From: a virus
Taxonomy: Duplodnaviria > Caudoviricetes
Strand: one strand, 5' to 3'
DNA length: 56,814 nucleotides
IMG/VR virus record: IMGVR_UViG_3300029319_000057
Location: 1 to 56,814 of that record
The notes beneath the pieces are model-generated. The model saw only the letters and a program-made list of their open reading frames with translations. It did no database searches and was not told the DNA's origin. Position numbers and translations under genes: made by a program. Shown here one piece after another: positions 25,237 to 36,100 of the stretch (positions are counted from its first letter, which is position 1; every line of letters starts with the position of its first letter).

Positions 25237-27655
25237 ATCAGTTATGAAAAACTACTTTCCAAGTCAAGCTGTTAGTGACGATGAGAAATTATCAATGCAG
25301 TATGGCTTAGAAGTTGCTAAAGCTATAGAAAATGAATGGTTTAAAAAATCTTCTGGTATAAACAGATATTTACAAAATCAAAATCGTTTTCATAAATTAA
25401 GATTGTATGCTAGAGGCGAACAGTCAACACAAAAATATAAAGACGAATTATCTATTAATGGTGATTTATCATATTTAAATTTAGATTGGAAGCCTGTACC
25501 TATTATACCAAAATTTGTTGATATAGTTGTAAATGGTATTGCTGAAAGAACATATGATATTAAGGCATTTTCCCAAGATCCTCATGGTGTAAATCAGAGA
25601 ACTGAGTATATGAAAAGAATGTTAGTTGATATGCAAACGCAAGATACAACACAATATATACAAGAAAATTTTGGAATTAATTTACAAAGCACACCACAAG
25701 ATCAACTTCCAGCAAATAATGAAGAATTGCAGCTTCATATGCAATTAAATTATAAGCAAGCAATTGAAATTGCAGAAGAGCAAGCAATTGAAACAGTGTT
25801 TAATTTAAACAACTATGAATTAATAAAGAAAAGATTTTATTATGATTTAGCTGTATTAGGAATGGGCTGTGTTAAAAATACATTTAATTTATCAGAAGGA
25901 ATAAAAATAGAATATGTTGACCCTGCTAATATAGTGTATTCACATTCAGATTCGCCATACTTTGATGATATATATTATGTTGGTGAAATGAAAACTATAA
26001 ACTTAGTAGACCTTAAAAAAGAATTTCCAAACTTAACTGACGAAGATTTAAAATCAATAACTAAAAATGGAGGTTCTAGTTATAATTTGTTTAATAGATA
26101 TACATCTAGGCATGATAAAACAGATAATAACGCAATAGAAGTTTTATATTTTAATTATAAAACATATATGAATGAGGTTTATAAAGTTAAAGAAACTGCA
26201 ACAGGCGCTGAAAAAATTATTAGAAAAACAGACGCTTTTAATCCTCCACCTGATTCTAAAGGTTTAAGATTTGAAAGAATAGCTAGAAATGTGGAGGTGC
26301 TTTATGAAGGTGTATATATACCAGGCTCAAAACAACTTTTAAAATGGAATCTTTGCGAAAACATGTTAAGAGAAAAAAGCGATTCTAGCAAAGTAAAAAT
26401 GAATTATTCTATAGTTGCGCCTAGAATATATAATGGATCTGTTGAATCTTTAGTTAGCAGAATAACTAGTTTTGCGGACATGATTCAATTAACGCATTTA
26501 AAAATACAGCAGATTCTTTCAAGAATGGTTCCTGATGGTGTTTATGTAGATGCCGATGGTTTAGCTGAAATAGACTTAGGAAATGGTAGTAATTATAATC
26601 CACAAGAAGCATTAAATATGTTTTTCCAAACTGGTAGTATAATTGGTAGATCATTTACTTCAGATGGAGAACTAAATCCGGGAAAAATTCCTATTCAAGA
26701 AATAAATAATTCCGCTGGCACAAATAAATTAGCTGCATTAATAAGTACTTATAACTATTATATGCAAATGATTAGAGATGCTACTGGTTTAAATGAAGCA
26801 AGAGACGCAAGTACACCAGATAAAAATGCCTTAGTTGGAATTCAAAAATTAGCAGCCGCAAATAGTAACACTGCTACAAGACACATATTACAAAGTGGAT
26901 TATTTTTAACTGCAGAAACTGCTGAAAAAATATCATTAAGAATATCAGATGTTTTAGAATATTCTCCTACGGCAACTGCTTTTATACAATCTATAGGTTC
27001 TCATAATGTGGCAACTTTAGATGAATTATCAGAATTGCATCTGCATGATTTTGGTATATTTTTAGAATTAGAGCCAGATGAAGAAGAAAAACAAATGTTA
27101 GAAAATAATATCCAAGTAGCTATTGCACAAAATAATATTGAACTAGAAGACGCTATTGATTTAAGACAAATTAAAAATGTTAAATTAGCTAATCAACTTT
27201 TAAAATTAAGAAGAAAGAAAAAGCAGCAACAAGATCAATTAATGCAACAGCAAAATATACAGGCACAAGCACAAGCTAATGCGCAAGCACAACAAGTTGC
27301 TGCTGCTGCTGAGGTTCAAAAGCAACAATCACTTACTCAAAGTAAAATACAATTAGAATCAGCTAAAAGTAATTTAGAAATGCAAAAATTAATGGCTGAA
27401 GCTAATTTGAAAAAAGAATTAATGACTTTAGAATTTCAAATGAATATGCAGCTGCATAGTGCTAAAAATAATATTGAAAAAGAAAAAATTAAAGAAAAAG
27501 AAGATAGAAAAGACGAGCGAACAAAAATTCAAGCAAGTCAACAAAGTGAACTTATAAATCAACGTAAAAATAACTTACCTCCAAAATCTTTTGAATCTGC
27601 AGGTAATGATATTTTAAGCGGTGATTTTAACTTAGGTGTTTTTGAACCTAGGTAA
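25229..27655 (+). CDS. Portal protein
   Basis: 808 aa after terL; PIIPKFVDIVV motif, Q-rich C-terminal coiled-coil barrel. Confidence 0.88.
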   Translation: MAESVMKNYFPSQAVSDDEKLSMQYGLEVAKAIENEWFKKSSGINRYLQNQNRFHKLRLYARGEQSTQKYKDELSINGDLSYLNLDWKPVPIIPKFVDIVVNGIAERTYDIKAFSQDPHGVNQRTEYMKRMLVDMQTQDTTQYIQENFGINLQSTPQDQLPANNEELQLHMQLNYKQAIEIAEEQAIETVFNLNNYELIKKRFYYDLAVLGMGCVKNTFNLSEGIKIEYVDPANIVYSHSDSPYFDDIYYVGEMKTINLVDLKKEFPNLTDEDLKSITKNGGSSYNLFNRYTSRHDKTDNNAIEVLYFNYKTYMNEVYKVKETATGAEKIIRKTDAFNPPPDSKGLRFERIARNVEVLYEGVYIPGSKQLLKWNLCENMLREKSDSSKVKMNYSIVAPRIYNGSVESLVSRITSFADMIQLTHLKIQQILSRMVPDGVYVDADGLAEIDLGNGSNYNPQEALNMFFQTGSIIGRSFTSDGELNPGKIPIQEINNSAGTNKLAALISTYNYYMQMIRDATGLNEARDASTPDKNALVGIQKLAAANSNTATRHILQSGLFLTAETAEKISLRISDVLEYSPTATAFIQSIGSHNVATLDELSELHLHDFGIFLELEPDEEEKQMLENNIQVAIAQNNIELEDAIDLRQIKNVKLANQLLKLRRKKKQQQDQLMQQQNIQAQAQANAQAQQVAAAAEVQKQQSLTQSKIQLESAKSNLEMQKLMAEANLKKELMTLEFQMNMQLHSAKNNIEKEKIKEKEDRKDERTKIQASQQSELINQRKNNLPPKSFESAGNDILSGDFNLGVFEPR

Positions 27656-27688
27656 TATATAAATTGTATAATCATATAATATTTTATT

Positions 27689-28927
27689 ATGGCAGAAGAA
27701 ATTAAAGCAAAAGCCGTAGAGACCGAAGAAAAGTCTTTACAAGAAAAAGAACAAGAAGTACAAAAAAATGCTGGGTTCGACGAGGAGTCTGGTATGTACA
27801 AGGTAGATTTAACACAACCCCCAAAACAAGAACAAGATGCCGTTACAGAGCAAGTCGCAGATGAGGTACCTGTTCGCGACGAATCCGGAACTAGCGGAGA
27901 AATTTCTGAAGAAAACGTCGAAGAGCAAGTTGAAGAATCTGCCGGAGAAAAAGAAGAAACAGAAGAAGTAATACTTGAAGAAATAACAGATGAAGAAGAT
28001 ACAGTTGACGATACAGGAGTGGAAGCAAGCCCTGAGATTGCCGACACCGCACCGGAACAAAAAGAAGTATTACCGGAAACAAAAACACAAGAATCAATAG
28101 AATATCCTCAAAACATTCAAGATTTAGTAAAATTTATGAATGAAACAGGAGGCACATTAGAAGATTATGTTGAGCTAAATAAAGATTATGAGAAATTTGA
28201 TAATATGGAATTATTAAATGAATATTATTCTCAAACTAAACCTCACTTATCACCAGATGAAATTGTATTTTTAATTGATGATAAATTTTCTTATGATGAA
28301 GAAGTTGATGATGTAAAAACTATTAAAAGAAAAAAATTACTTTTTAAAGAAGAAGTTGCACAAGCAAAAAAACAACTTCAATTAAAAAAAGATAATTATT
28401 ATAAAGAAATTAAAGCTGGTAACAGATTAACTCCTGAAGCTAAAGAAGCATTAGACTTTTTTAATAGATATAATAAGGAGTCTGAACAGCAAGAACAAAT
28501 AACGCAAATTCAAAGAGATGCGTTTAACAATAAAACCAATTCGCTTTTTAACGATAAGTTCAAAGGTTTTGAATATAATGTCGGAGATAAGAGATTTAGG
28601 TTTAATGTGAAGAATGTAAATAATGTTAAAGAAACCCAGAGCGACATTAATAACTTTACTAAGAAGTTCTTAGATAAAGAAAATAAGATGGCTGATGCTG
28701 CTGGTTATCATAAAGCTTTATTTACCGCGATGAATCCCGACGCTATAGCTCAACATTTTTATGAGCAAGGCAAAGCAGATGCTATTAAAGAATCTGTTAA
28801 GTCTGCAAAAAACATTAATATGGATCCACGGTCAGCGCACCAAGAGATTGAAGTTGGTGGCATAAAAGCAAAAGTTATTAGCGGAGATGATTTGTCAGGA
28901 ATTAAACTAAAATTAAAAAACTATTAA
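27689..28927 (+). CDS. Putative capsid scaffolding protein
   Basis: Very acidic disordered N-half, helical C-half; between portal and capsid genes. Confidence 0.65.
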   Translation: MAEEIKAKAVETEEKSLQEKEQEVQKNAGFDEESGMYKVDLTQPPKQEQDAVTEQVADEVPVRDESGTSGEISEENVEEQVEESAGEKEETEEVILEEITDEEDTVDDTGVEASPEIADTAPEQKEVLPETKTQESIEYPQNIQDLVKFMNETGGTLEDYVELNKDYEKFDNMELLNEYYSQTKPHLSPDEIVFLIDDKFSYDEEVDDVKTIKRKKLLFKEEVAQAKKQLQLKKDNYYKEIKAGNRLTPEAKEALDFFNRYNKESEQQEQITQIQRDAFNNKTNSLFNDKFKGFEYNVGDKRFRFNVKNVNNVKETQSDINNFTKKFLDKENKMADAAGYHKALFTAMNPDAIAQHFYEQGKADAIKESVKSAKNINMDPRSAHQEIEVGGIKAKVISGDDLSGIKLKLKNY

Positions 28928-28939
28928 AACTTTTGAAAA

Positions 28940-30376
28940 ATGGCAAACAATAATGTTTCATTTGCTGGCCCAATCGCCGGCAGTATAGTTACGCCAGCAG
29001 CTCAGAAAATGACGCTACAGAGTAACTATTTAAACTTTCATGGTTCAGGTGGGGCAAACTGGTCACAACAGTATTTACCTGAATTATATGCTCAAGAAGT
29101 AGAAAGATATGGAAATAGATCTGTATCTTCGTTTTTGAGAATGGTAGGTGCTGAAATGCCTATGGCTTCTGATCAAGTTATTTGGTCTGAGCAAGGTAGA
29201 TTACACTTAGCTTACACTGGAGAAATTAATCCAACTAATGGTGTAGTTGATAATATTGTTGGTATTGATTCAGGTGCAACAGAAGCGCATGCTGTAAGAA
29301 AAGGCGCAACTGTAGTAGCTGTTGTTAATAGCGTTGTATTCAAAGCTTTCGTTGAAGAAGGTATTGAAACAGCAACCGACACTTTAAAAATTAGACCTTA
29401 CGGTGGTACAAACGTTGACAATATCGCAGGTATTGCTGCAACTGACAATCAAGCGATTAAGTTCTTTGTTTATGGTTCTGAATTCGGAAAAGGTACTGAT
29501 ACTATGTTAAATTCTGTAGAGCCTGTGTTCAAGTCTTTCACTAATAAGCCTTTAATTATTAAAGATCACTTTGAAATTTCTGGTTCTGATACTGCTCAAA
29601 TCGGGTGGGTTGAAGTAAGTGGAGAAGCTGGGCAAGCTGGTTACCTATGGTATTTAAAATCTGAAGGAGATACTAGAGTAAGATATGAGGACTATTTAGA
29701 AATGACAATGATTGAAGCAGAAAAATCTGTAGCAGACGCTAGCGCAAGTGTTCCAGATGGTTCTGAAGGTTTATTAGCTGCAATTGCAAACAGAGGTATA
29801 GTAGCAACGAATCAATTTGATTCTTCTACAACTGCTCCTGATAAACTTGCTGAGTTTGATGCTTTACTAAAAGAATTAGACAAGCAAGGTTCAATTGAAG
29901 AGAATATGTTATTCTTAGATAGAGACGCTAACTTATACATCGACGATTTACTAGCGGGATTAAACCCACATGTAACTGGCGGTGTTAATTACGGTGTATT
30001 TGAAAACTCTGCTGACATGGCACTTAACTTAGGGTTTACTGGATTTAGAAGAGGTTCTTATGACTTCTATAAGACTGATTGGAAATATCTAAATGATGCT
30101 TCTACAAGAGGTCATGTAGGTGGATTAAAAGGACTTTTAGTGCCAGCAGGTACATCTTCTGTATACGACCAAATGTTAGGTAAAAATGTTAGAAGACCTT
30201 TCTTACACGTAAGATATAGAGCTTCTGAAATGGATGATAGAAGAATGAAATCTTGGATTACTGGATCAGTAGGAGGAGCTACTGCATCAGGTGTTGATAA
30301 GATGGAAGTACACTATCTTTCTGAAAGATGTTTAGTAACACAAGCTGCTAACAACTTTATCAGATTTGACTCTTAA
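28940..30376 (+). CDS. Major capsid protein
   Basis: 478 aa; gene position, followed by strong terminator; WSEQGRLH and SERCL motifs. Confidence 0.85.
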   Translation: MANNNVSFAGPIAGSIVTPAAQKMTLQSNYLNFHGSGGANWSQQYLPELYAQEVERYGNRSVSSFLRMVGAEMPMASDQVIWSEQGRLHLAYTGEINPTNGVVDNIVGIDSGATEAHAVRKGATVVAVVNSVVFKAFVEEGIETATDTLKIRPYGGTNVDNIAGIAATDNQAIKFFVYGSEFGKGTDTMLNSVEPVFKSFTNKPLIIKDHFEISGSDTAQIGWVEVSGEAGQAGYLWYLKSEGDTRVRYEDYLEMTMIEAEKSVADASASVPDGSEGLLAAIANRGIVATNQFDSSTTAPDKLAEFDALLKELDKQGSIEENMLFLDRDANLYIDDLLAGLNPHVTGGVNYGVFENSADMALNLGFTGFRRGSYDFYKTDWKYLNDASTRGHVGGLKGLLVPAGTSSVYDQMLGKNVRRPFLHVRYRASEMDDRRMKSWITGSVGGATASGVDKMEVHYLSERCLVTQAANNFIRFDS

Positions 30377-30390
30377 TCACAATTAATATA

Positions 30391-30427
30391 AAGGAATGGG
30401 TGCTTCGGCACCCTGCCCTTTTATTTT
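30391..30427 (+). terminator. Intrinsic terminator
   Basis: GGGTGC-TTCG-GCACCC stem with UUCG loop followed by T-rich tail. Confidence 0.85.
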
Positions 30428-30448
30428 AAATTTTTATTATATTATATC

Positions 30449-31240
30449 ATGGAAAAAACAAAAAAAGAAAAAGTTGTTGAACAAAAAGTTGTTCAACAAA
30501 AAGCAGAAATTAAAAAAGCTGTAAAACCAACATATAGAGATAAGGTATATGAATTAAATTTAAATCAAACACCTATCGTATATGTATTAAAAAGCAGAGG
30601 GCTTTTTTGGTTTGATGAAGAATTAGGCTATGAAAGAGAAATGAAATACTGTGAAAATCAAAAAACAGTATTTGTTGATGAAATGAAAGGACCGCAAAGA
30701 TTAAGCCACATTATTTTTAGAGACGGACAATTATATGTTCCAAAAGAAAAACAAACATTACAAAAATTTTTAGAATTACATCCTTGGAATAACCAAAAGT
30801 TTAAAGAATATAATCCTGTAAAAATTGCTGAAAATGATATGGAATATCTTGAAGCAGAAATTGCAGCATTAAATACAGCTCAAACTTTAGAAATAGATAG
30901 AATGGAAGCTATATTGAGGACTGAGCTTGGAAATAAGGTATCTAAGATGAGTTCTAAGGAGATAAAAAGAGATTGCTTACTATTTGCTAGGCAAAATCCT
31001 TATTTGTTCTTAGAATTAGCTAATGATGAAAATATAAATATTAGAAATATTGGAATTAAAGCTACTGAACTAGGTATTATAAAATTATCAAATGACCAAA
31101 GAACGTTTATGTGGGGTACAAATGATAGAAAGCTTATGACAGTTCCATTCGATGAAAATCCATATTCTGCTTTAGCGGCATACTTTAAAACTGATGAAGG
31201 TATTGAAGTATATCAAACAATTGAAAAGAAACTAAAGTAA
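30449..31240 (+). CDS. Conserved hypothetical protein downstream of capsid gene
   Basis: 263-aa ORF. Confidence 0.75.
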   Translation: MEKTKKEKVVEQKVVQQKAEIKKAVKPTYRDKVYELNLNQTPIVYVLKSRGLFWFDEELGYEREMKYCENQKTVFVDEMKGPQRLSHIIFRDGQLYVPKEKQTLQKFLELHPWNNQKFKEYNPVKIAENDMEYLEAEIAALNTAQTLEIDRMEAILRTELGNKVSKMSSKEIKRDCLLFARQNPYLFLELANDENINIRNIGIKATELGIIKLSNDQRTFMWGTNDRKLMTVPFDENPYSALAAYFKTDEGIEVYQTIEKKLK

Positions 31241-31249
31241 ACAAAATGT

Positions 31250-31280
31250 AGGTAAGGCCTGCATTTGTGGGCCTTAACCT
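31250..31280 (+). terminator. Intergenic hairpin (terminator or processing site)
   Basis: AGGTAAGGCCTGC-ATTT-GTGGGCCTTAACCT; no U tail. Confidence 0.45.
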
Positions 31281-31294
31281 ATAATAAAAATATA

Positions 31295-32002
31295 ATGGCA
31301 GTAAACGTAAACACAGTATACCAAAGAGTATTAGCTATAATAAATAAAGAGCAGCGAGGCTATCTAACACCTCAGGAGTTTAATACTATTGCAAATCAAG
31401 CTCAGCTTGATATATTTGAACAGTATTTTTATGATTTAAATCAATTCGGCAGAATACCAGGTAATCAAACCGACTATGCCGACATGTTAGAAATACTAGA
31501 AGAAAAAATTAGCATATTTGAAAAAGTACAAATATCAGTATCAGGTGGGACTACATTGCCAGCTGATTTATATAGATTAGGTTCTATATTAACAAACTGC
31601 CCTTCTTGCCGAGAGGCCGAGCAACTAACCCAAAAAGAATGGTTATATATTTTAAAATCACCTATTGCTCAACCATCAAATGAATTTCCTATATTTATAA
31701 GAGACAACGCTGGAATAAAAGTATATGGCGATGTTGACGCGAGCACAGGTCTAGCAGCGCAAATAACAAGCGGTGTATATATTAATTATGTTAAAGTGCC
31801 AACAACGGTTGAATGGGCTGCTAATAGTTCGACGGGTTTATATAATTCAGCAACATCTGTTAATTTTGAATTACATGAATCAGAAGAAACAGAATTGGTA
31901 ATTAAAATATTAGCATTAGCTGGAATAGTAATTAAAGATAATAACGTTTATGCAGTAGCTAGCGGAGAAGATACTAAAAACGTACAACAAGAAAAAGCAT
32001 AA
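31295..32002 (+). CDS. Putative tail adaptor/ring protein
   Basis: ATG at 31295; NKEQRGYLTPQEFN..ANQAQ; position. Confidence 0.65.
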   Translation: MAVNVNTVYQRVLAIINKEQRGYLTPQEFNTIANQAQLDIFEQYFYDLNQFGRIPGNQTDYADMLEILEEKISIFEKVQISVSGGTTLPADLYRLGSILTNCPSCREAEQLTQKEWLYILKSPIAQPSNEFPIFIRDNAGIKVYGDVDASTGLAAQITSGVYINYVKVPTTVEWAANSSTGLYNSATSVNFELHESEETELVIKILALAGIVIKDNNVYAVASGEDTKNVQQEKA

Positions 32003-32005
32003 GAA

Positions 32006-33118
32006 ATGGGATTCATAAATCAAACACAATACCAATATTATAAAACCGGTCAAAAGTTTACGGCAACAGCTAACCAGACCGAGTTTCTATTAACACTAGA
32101 TCCTTTGCCTTCTGCAAAATCTAAGTTTATTGTACTTGTAAATAATACAGAAGTAGATGATAACTTATATAGCTATAGCGCAGCAGGCGGAAACGCGGGT
32201 AAAGTAATATTTACATCAGGTAGAACTGTAGGTGATGTTATTGAAGTTAGATTACTTAACCCTGTAATTGCTGGTAATTATAGATATATATCATTGAGTG
32301 ATATAGTTAATAATTTTATGATTTCATATGTTGGTAAAGATAAAGTTATTCCAAGAATAAAAAGAACAGATGTATTGTTCCATGCGAAAAGAGGAATACA
32401 AGAGTTTAGTTATGATGTAGCTAAAGTTGAAAAAATACAAGAAATAGAAGTTCCAGATAGTTTAGCTATGGTTATGCCACAAGATTATGTTGACTATGTT
32501 CAAATATCTAGAGTTGATTCTTTAGGTGTAGAACATCATATATATCCAGGTAGATTAACTTCTATACCAAGTGAATCTATAGCGCAAGATGATCAGTATA
32601 ATTATTTATTTGACGACGACGATAGTTTATTAACTCAAACACCAGAGGCGTCTAGAAGATTTAAAGATGCTAATATGGATAATGTTACAGCAACATTTAT
32701 TGATGATAGCCTAGACGATATTGATAGTTTAAACCAAAGAGTAAACGAATTTGGTCAAAGATATGGTATTAATCCAGAATTAGCAAATAGAAATGGTAAT
32801 TTTATAATTGATGAAGTAAACGGTAAAATACATTTTAGCGCTGACTTAGTTGGTAAAGTTATAACATTAAAATATGTTTCTGACGGTATGGGAACAGACG
32901 AAGAAATGCGTGTTCATAAATTTGCTGAAGAGGCTATATATAAACACATCGTTTATGCAGTTATGAGCGCAAGATCAAATGCTCCTGAATATATTATTAG
33001 AAGATATAAGAGAGATAGATTTGCAGCATTAAGAACTGCTAAATTAAGATTAGCTAATCTGAATCCGCGTGAATTAGCGCAAGTAATGAGAAATAAATCA
33101 AAACGAATTAAACATTAA
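32006..33118 (+). CDS. Putative tail ring/tubular protein
   Basis: 370 aa; MPQDYVDYVQIS motif; position. Confidence 0.65.
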   Translation: MGFINQTQYQYYKTGQKFTATANQTEFLLTLDPLPSAKSKFIVLVNNTEVDDNLYSYSAAGGNAGKVIFTSGRTVGDVIEVRLLNPVIAGNYRYISLSDIVNNFMISYVGKDKVIPRIKRTDVLFHAKRGIQEFSYDVAKVEKIQEIEVPDSLAMVMPQDYVDYVQISRVDSLGVEHHIYPGRLTSIPSESIAQDDQYNYLFDDDDSLLTQTPEASRRFKDANMDNVTATFIDDSLDDIDSLNQRVNEFGQRYGINPELANRNGNFIIDEVNGKIHFSADLVGKVITLKYVSDGMGTDEEMRVHKFAEEAIYKHIVYAVMSARSNAPEYIIRRYKRDRFAALRTAKLRLANLNPRELAQVMRNKSKRIKH

Positions 33119-33121
33119 AAT

Positions 33122-36100
33122 ATGCCAGAAATAAAAAATGCTTTTATTAAAGGTAAAATGAATAAAGACCTTGATGAAAGATTGCTTCCTAATGGTGAAT
33201 ATAGAGATGCGGTAAATGTTGACGTTGACTATTCTGAGGGCAGCGACGTTGGTGCATTAAAAAATATTTTAGGTAATACTCAAAGGGATAGTATAAGTTT
33301 AAGTAGTGCAAAATGCATAGGTGTTGCAAAAGATATTGAAAATAGTAAAGTATATTGGTTTATAACATCTTCTGCAAAAGATTTAATAGCTGAATGGGAT
33401 TATGGCACAAATACATACGATACAATATTAGTTGATAGCGGAAGTGTATTAAATTTTAATACTAATAATTATATAACGGGCGCTAATGTTTTAGATGGCT
33501 TTTTATTTTTTACAGATAATTTAAATGAGCCTAGACAAATTGATATTGAATATTGGAGAAGTCAAACTTCAGGATCTTCAGGTACAAGTACAGGGTTGAC
33601 AGCTGAAAGAATAACTGTTATTAAAAAATCACCACTATCAGCGCCATCATTAACAATGAGCAGCTCTGTTAGAGCTACTGGCGGAAATGATAAAGGAACT
33701 GCGGGTGGTACAGCTATATTTGTAGATGTAGACTTTGGTGCTTCTAATAGTGTTGGTAATTTAGTAAACTCAGTAGATATTGGTTTTCAATTTTCATCTT
33801 CTCAAACAGGTGTTAGTAAATTTAAAATTGCCAACGGAACGGCAACAGATCCAAATTACCAAGCTAACGACATAATTATATTAACTCACAAATTTACAGA
33901 ATCAGATAATACTGTAAAAACAATTAAAGCAAGAATAAAATTAGCTAGTAATTATACTCAACAAGGAGGCGGTAACGCGGGTGTATTTTCTAACGCAACA
34001 TTATTAAGTATTTCAAAAAGATCACCAGGTGGCCCAGTAACGTTTACATGCATATTAGAAGAAGATGAGCCGTTATTTAAAGAAAAGTTTCCTAGATTTG
34101 CATATAGATATAAATATAATAACGGGCAATATTCTTGTTTTTCTCCGTTTTCTAATGCTGCATTTTTACCAGATCCTACCGTAGGGGCAGGCACTGGAAT
34201 AGAATATGATATAAAAGCAGGCGCAAATTTAGCTATGGTTAATAGTCTCAGAACATTAACTTTAACAGGTTTATCACATAATATACATGCCGATGTTGAT
34301 GAAATAGATATAATATATAAAGACTCCGTAAGCACAAATTGTTATCTTGTTGATACAATTAAAAGAGCTAGTAATGGAACTATTGCTAGCACATTTACTG
34401 TAAAAGATGATCAAATATTTAAAACATTACCATCAAATCAATTATTAAGATTATTTGATAATGTGCCTAAAAAAGCATTAGCACAAGAAATTACTGCCAA
34501 TAGATTAATATATGGTAATTATACAGAAAATTTTAATTTAATAGATTCTAACGGCGCAGATGTAAAACCTGTTTTTGAAATAGAATTAAAAAATAGATAT
34601 AACCCAGGCTCTTCAAATAGAGATGAAAGACAATCTATAAAATCAAAAAGAACATATCAGTTTGGTATTGTATATATGGATGAGTTTGGTAGACAAACAC
34701 CGGTATTAACTGATGACAGCGGTATAATAAAAGTTGATCAAGAAAGCGCTTCATTTATGACGCAATTTACAGTTAAAACAACTTCTGATGCACCCGCTTT
34801 TGCTAATTCATATAAATATTTTATAAAAGAAATTTCATCTACAACTCATAATTTTATTGGTGATAGCTTTTATCAAGATAAAGAAGGTTTTATATATATA
34901 GCTGTACCATCTGCAGATGTTAATAAAGTTGATGTTGATGACACTATAGTATTAAAAAAGAAAAGAGGAAATAATGTTTCTGATATTACGGAAGAATTTA
35001 AAGTATTAGATAAATTTACAACAGGCCCACCACCTTTTTTAGCAAAACCTTTGAAAGAAATTTATGTGCCAGATATATTTGTTTTTAGTAAAAATCTAGA
35101 GCAAGATAGAGACCAGCATTTATTAAAACCAGGATCAACACCTGTACCTGGAAGAAATAGAGTAACTATTAGTGCAATGTTTCAGTTTCGCGAGAATAAA
35201 GTACAGGGCGGTGGTGTTATAAATAGTGATACTACAGATGGTGTTAGCACACAGGCATATAATCTTTTAAATCCAGGCGCTAAAGTAAAGTTTGTTACAG
35301 GTGCTGGTGAAACAGATATTTACACTGTTGCTAATAAAGAAATAGATTTAGCAGATGATAATGATTTTGAATTACATTTTACCGAAGAGTTTGGTGACGA
35401 TGTAAAAGTTCTTTATGAAAATTTTGAACAAGATAAACTGTTTGATATGACTGATGGCACCGTTAATGCAGGCGCTACATTAGTTGGTGGAGATGACACT
35501 TTAGACGGAACAGATAATTCTTATGGAGGTGGAGTTAAAATGGTTATAGTAGATACCGTAGATGAAAGCGGTAAAGAAGAATACCAAGGTAAATTTTTTA
35601 TAAAGATAAAAAATAATTCTACATTATTACAAGAATTAAAAGGTGAAGAAGATTTAAATAATTTACAAGTTTTAAGCACAATATCTTTAGATGGTGATCA
35701 AACTGACAATGACCCAAGGCAATTTCATATGTATGGTGGTGGTTTAGCAAATAGTGATTCATCTATAACAAGAAATGGGGTTGTTGGCGCAACAAGCCCA
35801 GATGATGGTGGATTTGATGGTAGCACAAATCATTTAGCGTCAAATCAAAATAATTATGGAGAAGGGCAATCGTATTTAGCGGCAAGAGGTTTTATTACAA
35901 ACGATGAATTAGATAATGGCTATCACTTTGCTATAAGAACTGATTTAGCATTTGCAAACGTAACAGCAAATTATGCAACATTGCCTCTTATTACAGGTCT
36001 TGAAGAATCACCTTCAAATAAAAATCTTTATAATACAGATAATGATGATGTGTATTTAAGATTTGATAGATCACGTGCTCAAGTTGCCGCTGGTAATGCA